Positions 58,656-64,000 of a stretch of DNA of 64,000 nucleotides are shown one piece after another; within the stretch, counting starts at the first letter, position 1; every line of letters begins with the position of its first letter. A model generated the notes under the pieces. The model saw only the letters and a program-made list of their open reading frames with translations, did no database searches and had not been told where the DNA came from. This DNA comes from an uncultured Puniceicoccaceae bacterium. GTDB taxonomy: Bacteria > Verrucomicrobiota > Verrucomicrobiia > Opitutales > Oceanipulchritudinaceae. The translations under genes were made by a program, and so were the position numbers. The stretch covers positions 492,588 to 556,587 of the forward strand of contig CAWVVV010000001.1 of NCBI GenBank assembly GCA_963933835.1, given 5' to 3'.

Positions 58656-59092
58656 ACCACGAAGAGCACGAAGGACACGAAGAATCACTATCTAAAGGAC
58701 ATAGCGTTTCATACCATCTTTGAGTTTCGATAAATTAAAATTGAGAATGAATCCTAATCGAATACCGGATAATTTCATATAAGTGAGGAGTTGAGCCTCA
58801 TGAATAGGATCAACTTTCTTCACGCTCTTGAGTTCGAGGATTAACTCTCGACCGACCAAGATATCGACTCGATAGCCGCAATCCAAAGTAACACCTTTAT
58901 ATGTAATCGGTAACCCAGCTTCAATCTCATGTTCAATACCACAAAGCTCAAGCTCCCGACTTAAACAGCTTTGATAAGACGACTCAAGAAGCCCGGGCCC
59001 TAACACTCTATGCACCTCAATGGCACAACCAATCACACGACGGGAAATAGGCTCAAAGTTCTTTTCTTCGTGTCCTTCGAGCTCTTCGTGGT
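58656..59092. mobile_element. Inverted-repeat-bounded GxxExxY cassette
   Basis: 29-bp IRs 58656-58684 and 59064-59092 (28/29 identical), each 3x CACGAAGRR; TTA at 58654-56 and 59092-94; interior AT-richer than flanks; mobility is inferred. Confidence 0.65.
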
Positions 59093-59099
59093 TAGCCAT
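58692..59099 (-). CDS. GxxExxY protein (PD-(D/E)xK nuclease superfamily)
   Basis: IG.AIEVH..LGPGLLESSY, YKG, YRVDILV, ILELKSV, HEAQLLTY, G.ILNF. Confidence 0.95.
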   Translation of the reverse strand: MANHEELEGHEEKNFEPISRRVIGCAIEVHRVLGPGLLESSYQSCLSRELELCGIEHEIEAGLPITYKGVTLDCGYRVDILVGRELILELKSVKKVDPIHEAQLLTYMKLSGIRLGFILNFNLSKLKDGMKRYVL

Positions 59100-59110
59100 C
59101 CCTAATTGAG

Positions 59111-60298
59111 CTACCCCAGCAAATCGCGCTCGGGTTCTGTCTCGGCGGCGTAGTCGACGCCGGGGAGGCCGAAACCGAAGAGCTTGAGGAAGTTTTCTTG
59201 GTAGCCGTCGAAGTCGGTGTAGTCGTCGATCGTTTCGGTCGTGACCTTTGGCCAAATTTCGGTGACCGCTGCTTGCACGTCTTCGCGCATTTCCCAATCG
59301 TCAACACGGACGCGGCCCATGTCATCAAATTTCAAATACCCGTCGCCGTAGAGCTGCTCACGAAAGAGGCGATCTATTTGTTGGATACAGTCTTCGTGGA
59401 TATCCATCTTCTTCATGATTTTGAAGAGGATCGAAATATAGAGCGGAACGACCGGAATCGCCGAGCTCGCTTGGGTAACAACAGCCTTGTTCACTGAAAC
59501 GAAGGCACGGCCACGGTTGACCTTTAGACGCGCATCGATCTTCGCAGCGGTTTCGCGGAGGTGGTTCTTCGCGGCACCAATTGTGCCGTGGTGGTAGACG
59601 GGCCAAGTGACTTGAGGTCCAATGTAGTCGTATGCACAGGTCGTCGCGCCTTCGGCCAAAACACCGCCAGCTTCGAGCACATCGATCCAACGCTCCCAGT
59701 CTTCCCCGCCCATGACCTTCGCAGTCTGGAGGATGTCGTCTTCGGTCGCAGGCTCGATCGTGATCGGCGAAACACTCTTTTTGTCTGTATCGAGGTTGTT
59801 CGCGGTAAAAGATTCGCCGACGGGCTTGAGCGAGCTGCGGTAAGTTTCGCCCGAGACCGGATCGGTCCGGCGCGGAGAAGCGAGACTGTAAACAACGAGA
59901 TCAACTTGTCCCATTCCCTCTTTAATTGTCTCAACAACTTTCGCCTTCATCTCATCGGAGAAGGCGTCTCCATTCAAAGACTTCGCGTAGAGACCCGCTG
60001 CCTTCGCCTCTTCTTCTACGGCGACGGAATTATACCAGCCAGCGGAGGCAGGTTTGCCATTCGAGGAGGGGCGCTCGAAGAACACTCCCAGAGTCGAAGC
60101 TCCTGAACCGAAAGCGGCGGTGATCCGCGAAGCCAATCCATAGCCGGTCGATGCGCCGAGAATCAGGACCTTTTTCGGGCCATCCTTGATCGGACCATTC
60201 GATTGCACGTGGGCAATCTGTTCTTTGACGTGAGCAGCACAACCTTCGGGATGTGCCGTGATGCATACGAAGCCGCGGATACGAGGTTTAATAATCAT
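59111..60298 (-). CDS. fabV: Enoyl-ACP reductase / trans-2-enoyl-CoA reductase FabV
   Basis: MIIKPRIRGF.C..AHP.GC, GASTGYGLASRI, YSLASPRR, VMGGEDW, TQASSAIP. Confidence 0.96.
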   Translation of the reverse strand: MIIKPRIRGFVCITAHPEGCAAHVKEQIAHVQSNGPIKDGPKKVLILGASTGYGLASRITAAFGSGASTLGVFFERPSSNGKPASAGWYNSVAVEEEAKAAGLYAKSLNGDAFSDEMKAKVVETIKEGMGQVDLVVYSLASPRRTDPVSGETYRSSLKPVGESFTANNLDTDKKSVSPITIEPATEDDILQTAKVMGGEDWERWIDVLEAGGVLAEGATTCAYDYIGPQVTWPVYHHGTIGAAKNHLRETAAKIDARLKVNRGRAFVSVNKAVVTQASSAIPVVPLYISILFKIMKKMDIHEDCIQQIDRLFREQLYGDGYLKFDDMGRVRVDDWEMREDVQAAVTEIWPKVTTETIDDYTDFDGYQENFLKLFGFGLPGVDYAAETEPERDLLG

Positions 60299-60493
60299 GG
60301 ATTTTGTGGGAACAGCGTAGGCCCGACTCCCCTCTCAGCAAAGGAAAAAGAATTAGCCATCGTTACCGAGTTCGAACTCTAGACCTGATTTTCAGTCTTC
60401 ACTGATCGTCAAAGAGGATGAATGCTTTGCGCTCACCTTCGTAAGTCGTAGTTCTTACCCCAGCAAACCGACCTCCATCCCCGCCCCAACACC

Positions 60494-61807
60494 ATGACTA
60501 CTGATCAAATCAAAGACGACTCCGGCAAGAAACTCACGATCCGCATACTGATCGGTATGGTCGCAGGGATTGCGATCGGGGTTTTACTAAAACTCATCTC
60601 GACCCACGCTGTGGGTGACTCAGGGCAGGCTCTCATCAGTGATTGGCTAACCAACGGAATCTTTCAGTTCGTCGGACGTGGCTTCGTGAACCTCCTGCAG
60701 GTCATCGTCATCCCCCTTGTCCTCGTCTCGCTCATCAGCGGAACCGCTGCGATGGAAGACATCGCCAAGGTTGGACGCATCGGGCTCAAGACACTGATAC
60801 TTTACCTCTTCACCACCGCGCTCGCGATCTCCTTTGCAATGGGCGCGGCCTTGATCTTCAAGCCCGGAGCGGGCTTCCCTCAGGACGACACGATCAGCTT
60901 CACCGCGAAAGAAGCCCCGCCGCTCGTGCAGGTCTTTATCAACATCATTCCGAAGAACGTTTTTGATGCGATGGCCTCGGGAAATATGCTCCCTATCATC
61001 GTCTTTGCTGTCCTGATCGGCCTTTCAATCACAATGGCTGGCGAGGCAGGGCGACGCATTCTCAGCTTCGTCAACGATCTCAACGAAATCGTGATGAAGC
61101 TTGTCTGGATCGTCATGCAAGTCGCGCCCTACGGCGTCTTCGCGCTCATCGCGCGCACTTTTGCGACTGAAGGCTTCAGTGCCTTCGTCCCACTACTCAA
61201 ATACTTCGTTCTCGTAATAGCGGTTCTCATCTTCCACGCCGCGGTGACCTACCCGACGATCCTCAAGCTCCTCAGTGGGCTGAGCCCGGTCACCTTTCTC
61301 AAGAACATGCGTGAGGTGCAGCTCTTCGCCTTTTCCACCGCCTCGAGTAACGCGACCATTCCGATCAGCCTGCGAACGGTTGAGCAGCGCCTCGGCGTCA
61401 ATAAGTCCGTCGCATCCTTCTCCATTCCTCTCGGAGCAACGATCAACATGGACGGCACTGCGATCATGCAAGGCGTCGCGACGATCTTTATCGCGCAGGT
61501 TTACGGCATCGATCTCAGCGTGGGGCAGCTCCTCACCGTCATTCTAACTGCCACCCTCGCTTCGATTGGCACGGCAGGCGTCCCAGGAGTTGGCTTAATC
61601 ATGCTCGCGATGGTGCTCCAGCAAGTCGGTCTGCCTGTCGCAGGCATTGGACTTATCATCGGAATCGATCGCCTCCTCGATATGATCCGCACCGCGGTCA
61701 ACGTCACCGGCGACTGCGCTGTCTCCTGCATCGTAGCGAAGAGTGAAGGCGAACTCGATCGCAGCGTATTTGAAGACGACGACACGCGCGTTGAGCATCC
61801 CGCGTAA
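60494..61807 (+). CDS. Dicarboxylate/amino acid:cation symporter (DAACS, GltP-like)
   Basis: AFSTASSNATIP, GATINMDGT, GTAGVPG, DRLLDMIRT.VNV.GD. Confidence 0.95.
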   Translation: MTTDQIKDDSGKKLTIRILIGMVAGIAIGVLLKLISTHAVGDSGQALISDWLTNGIFQFVGRGFVNLLQVIVIPLVLVSLISGTAAMEDIAKVGRIGLKTLILYLFTTALAISFAMGAALIFKPGAGFPQDDTISFTAKEAPPLVQVFINIIPKNVFDAMASGNMLPIIVFAVLIGLSITMAGEAGRRILSFVNDLNEIVMKLVWIVMQVAPYGVFALIARTFATEGFSAFVPLLKYFVLVIAVLIFHAAVTYPTILKLLSGLSPVTFLKNMREVQLFAFSTASSNATIPISLRTVEQRLGVNKSVASFSIPLGATINMDGTAIMQGVATIFIAQVYGIDLSVGQLLTVILTATLASIGTAGVPGVGLIMLAMVLQQVGLPVAGIGLIIGIDRLLDMIRTAVNVTGDCAVSCIVAKSEGELDRSVFEDDDTRVEHPA

Positions 61808-63819
61808 TGGACTTTAAGCTACATTCCGATTACAAGCCGACGGGTGATCAACCCACCGCAATCGAAGACCTTGTACGCTCGCTTAAGGCAGGTAATAAAT
61901 ACCAAACGCTCCTTGGTGTCACGGGTAGTGGCAAGACGTTTACGATGGCGAATGTCATCTCCCAGCTGCAACGCCCTACCCTTGTAATGTCGCATAACAA
62001 GACGCTCGCAGCGCAGCTCTTCAGCGAGTTCAAAGCCTTCTTTCCCGAAAACGCGGTCGAATATTTCGTATCTTACTACGATTACTACCAGCCTGAAGCC
62101 TACATCCCCGCGACGGATACATTTATCGAGAAGGACTCATCGATTAATGATGATATCGAGCGGCTGAGAATTTCTGCTACGAGTGCACTCATCTCACGAC
62201 GCGATGTTGTCGTCGTAGCGAGTGTGAGCTGTATCTATGGCTTGGGCTCTCCGGACGACTTCAAGGAGATGATGATTCCGATCCAAATCGGGGCTGATAT
62301 TGGAAGGGATAGCTTTCTCGGCCGACTCGTAGAGAATCTTTACGAGCGCAATGACATCAAGTTTGCCCGCGGGTGTTTTCGCGTGCGGGGGGAAACCGTC
62401 GACGTCTTCCCCGCTTACATGGAAAGCGCCATTCGGGTGGAGTTCTGGGGTGATGAAGTGGAGTCGATTCGCGAACTTGACCCGCTCACGGGTGAAACCG
62501 GTGCCAACTTTGAGCACTTTCACCTCTACCCCGCTAACCAGTTCATCACTCCCAAAGCAAAGATCGACCAATCCATCAGTAAGATCACGAAGGAGATGGA
62601 AGAGCGCGTTGCAGAGTTCGAGAGCACCGGCCGCCTGCTCGAAGCCCAGCGCATTCGAATGCGAACCCAATACGATCTCGAAATGCTGCGAGAGATGGGG
62701 TTTTGCCAGGGAATCGAGAACTACTCACGCCATCTTTCGGGACGCCGTCCGGGGGAACGTCCCTTCTGTCTTCTCGACTTCTTTCCCGACGACTACCTGA
62801 TCATTCTCGATGAAAGTCATGTTACTTTACCGCAGATCGGTGCTATGTATAAGGGTGACCGTTCGCGCAAAGAGCGCCTCGTCGACTTCGGCTTTCGGCT
62901 GCCTAGTGCACTCGATAATCGCCCCTTAAAAAGCGAGGAATTCAGCGAAATAACTGGGCAAACGCTCTTCGTTTCCGCCACTCCGGCGAAGACCGAGATA
63001 GAACTATCGGACGTTGTCGCTGAACAAGTCATTAGGCCCACCGGCCTACTCGACCCCACCCTCGAAATACGTCCAATTAAGGGGCAGGTAGAAGATCTTA
63101 TTACCGAATCGCAGGCGGCAGTGAAGAACGGCGAACGCGTCCTCGTGACCACGTTGACAAAGCGGATGTCAGAAGATCTCGCAACCTACCTTCGCGAACG
63201 ATCGATCAAAGTGGAATACCTCCACAGCGATATCGACGCGATTGAGCGCGTAGAGATCCTTCGCAAACTCCGTGCAGGTGAGTTCCATGTTCTCATTGGA
63301 GTCAATCTCCTGCGCGAAGGACTCGATCTTCCTGAAGTAGCCGTCGTCGCGATTCTTGATGCCGACAAGGAAGGCTTCCTGAGAAGCACGACCAGCCTCG
63401 TCCAGACATCGGGGCGGGCCGCTCGCCACGAGAAGGGGCGCGTTCTGCTCTACGCCGATGTGATCACAAAATCTATTCAAGAAACGATTGATATCACCCA
63501 ATCCCGTCGAGTTAAACAGCTTGCGCACAACAAAGAGCATGGAATCACGCCGAAAGGGGTACAGCGCGGCCTACAACAAAGCCTCTACTACGGACAAAAG
63601 AAGACGGCAGATCCAATCAGCATCGCTGAAGCTAGAGGGGATGAAGATGTCGCTACAGTGCTCGCTGAGCTCGAAGAGGAGATGCTCGCGGCAGCCAGGG
63701 ATCTAAAGTTTGAAAGAGCAGCAATGCTCCGAGACCAAATCGACCACTTGCGTGGTGATAAGCCGTCAAAACGTGGCAAGAAGGCGCGCTACAACCAAGG
63801 TAAAAGCCGGAAGCGCTAG
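61807..63819 (+). CDS. uvrB: Excinuclease ABC subunit B
   Basis: [43 protein letters not shown]. Confidence 0.98.
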   Translation: MDFKLHSDYKPTGDQPTAIEDLVRSLKAGNKYQTLLGVTGSGKTFTMANVISQLQRPTLVMSHNKTLAAQLFSEFKAFFPENAVEYFVSYYDYYQPEAYIPATDTFIEKDSSINDDIERLRISATSALISRRDVVVVASVSCIYGLGSPDDFKEMMIPIQIGADIGRDSFLGRLVENLYERNDIKFARGCFRVRGETVDVFPAYMESAIRVEFWGDEVESIRELDPLTGETGANFEHFHLYPANQFITPKAKIDQSISKITKEMEERVAEFESTGRLLEAQRIRMRTQYDLEMLREMGFCQGIENYSRHLSGRRPGERPFCLLDFFPDDYLIILDESHVTLPQIGAMYKGDRSRKERLVDFGFRLPSALDNRPLKSEEFSEITGQTLFVSATPAKTEIELSDVVAEQVIRPTGLLDPTLEIRPIKGQVEDLITESQAAVKNGERVLVTTLTKRMSEDLATYLRERSIKVEYLHSDIDAIERVEILRKLRAGEFHVLIGVNLLREGLDLPEVAVVAILDADKEGFLRSTTSLVQTSGRAARHEKGRVLLYADVITKSIQETIDITQSRRVKQLAHNKEHGITPKGVQRGLQQSLYYGQKKTADPISIAEARGDEDVATVLAELEEEMLAAARDLKFERAAMLRDQIDHLRGDKPSKRGKKARYNQGKSRKR

Positions 63820-63829
63820 GTCCGCAGAC

Positions 63830-63865
63830 AAAAAAAGAGCGGAAAGCACAATGGCTTCCCGCTCT
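63830..63865 (-). terminator. Intrinsic terminator for the incoming minus-strand gene
   Basis: AGAGCGGGAAGC-cauugu-GCUUUCCGCUCU followed by a U-run. Confidence 0.85.
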
Positions 63866-63890
63866 AGAAATTAGTGTACTCTAAGACTGA

Positions 63891-64000
63891 CTACTTACGC
63901 TTCTTAGCGCCTTTTTTAGCAGTTTTCTTCTTAGCAGGTGCTTTTTTAGCAGGCTTCTTCGCTACCTTTTTCTTGGCGGCTTTCTTAGCTGGCTTCTTCG
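63891..64000 (-). CDS. 3' end of a protein with a histone H1-like Lys/Ala/Pro tail (partial)
   Basis: Manual translation ...KKPAKKAAKKKVAKKPAKKAPAKKKTAKKGAKKRK* (TAG at 63891-93). Confidence 0.8.
   Translation of the reverse strand, partial: KKPAKKAAKKKVAKKPAKKAPAKKKTAKKGAKKRK

Noticed and set aside
59100..59297. Upstream extension of the GxxExxY ORF to 201 aa
   Set aside because: Out-of-frame overlap with the fabV 3' end; ATG 59099 with an AGGG RBS fits the family length.

Overview
64 kb of bacterial core chromosome, about 55% GC by eye. Gene content and order (uppS-cdsA-dxr-rseP-long ispG, ileS-dksA-lspA, LolA-like proteins, fabV) suggest Verrucomicrobiota/Opitutae; this is inference. The window holds the 5' end of an exopolysaccharide export operon (OM barrel, wza-like, wzc-like) and housekeeping genes: hisC, murE, hslO, hemF, ileS, lspA, hup, exbBD, leuD, two DAHP synthases, aroC, aspC, secG, rph, sucCD, fabV, uvrB. 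No rRNA, tRNA, CRISPR array or intact transposase was seen. The most notable features are non-coding or unexplained. (1) An AT-richer GxxExxY nuclease-family gene is bracketed by 29-bp inverted repeats built from 3x9-mers, with a TTA direct repeat outside and its start codon outside the element. (2) Three copies of a heptamer-built palindrome sit at gene junctions of the dxr-rseP-ispG operon; two supply the upstream stop codon. (3) A candidate sigma54-driven sRNA of ~105-110 nt lies between lspA and hup. (4) A BirA-operator-like palindrome lies upstream of an orphan TonB-dependent receptor. Three single frameshifts (DAHP synthase I-beta, Hpt protein, 2-hydroxyacid dehydrogenase) may be long-read errors. 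Two gene remnants are also present.
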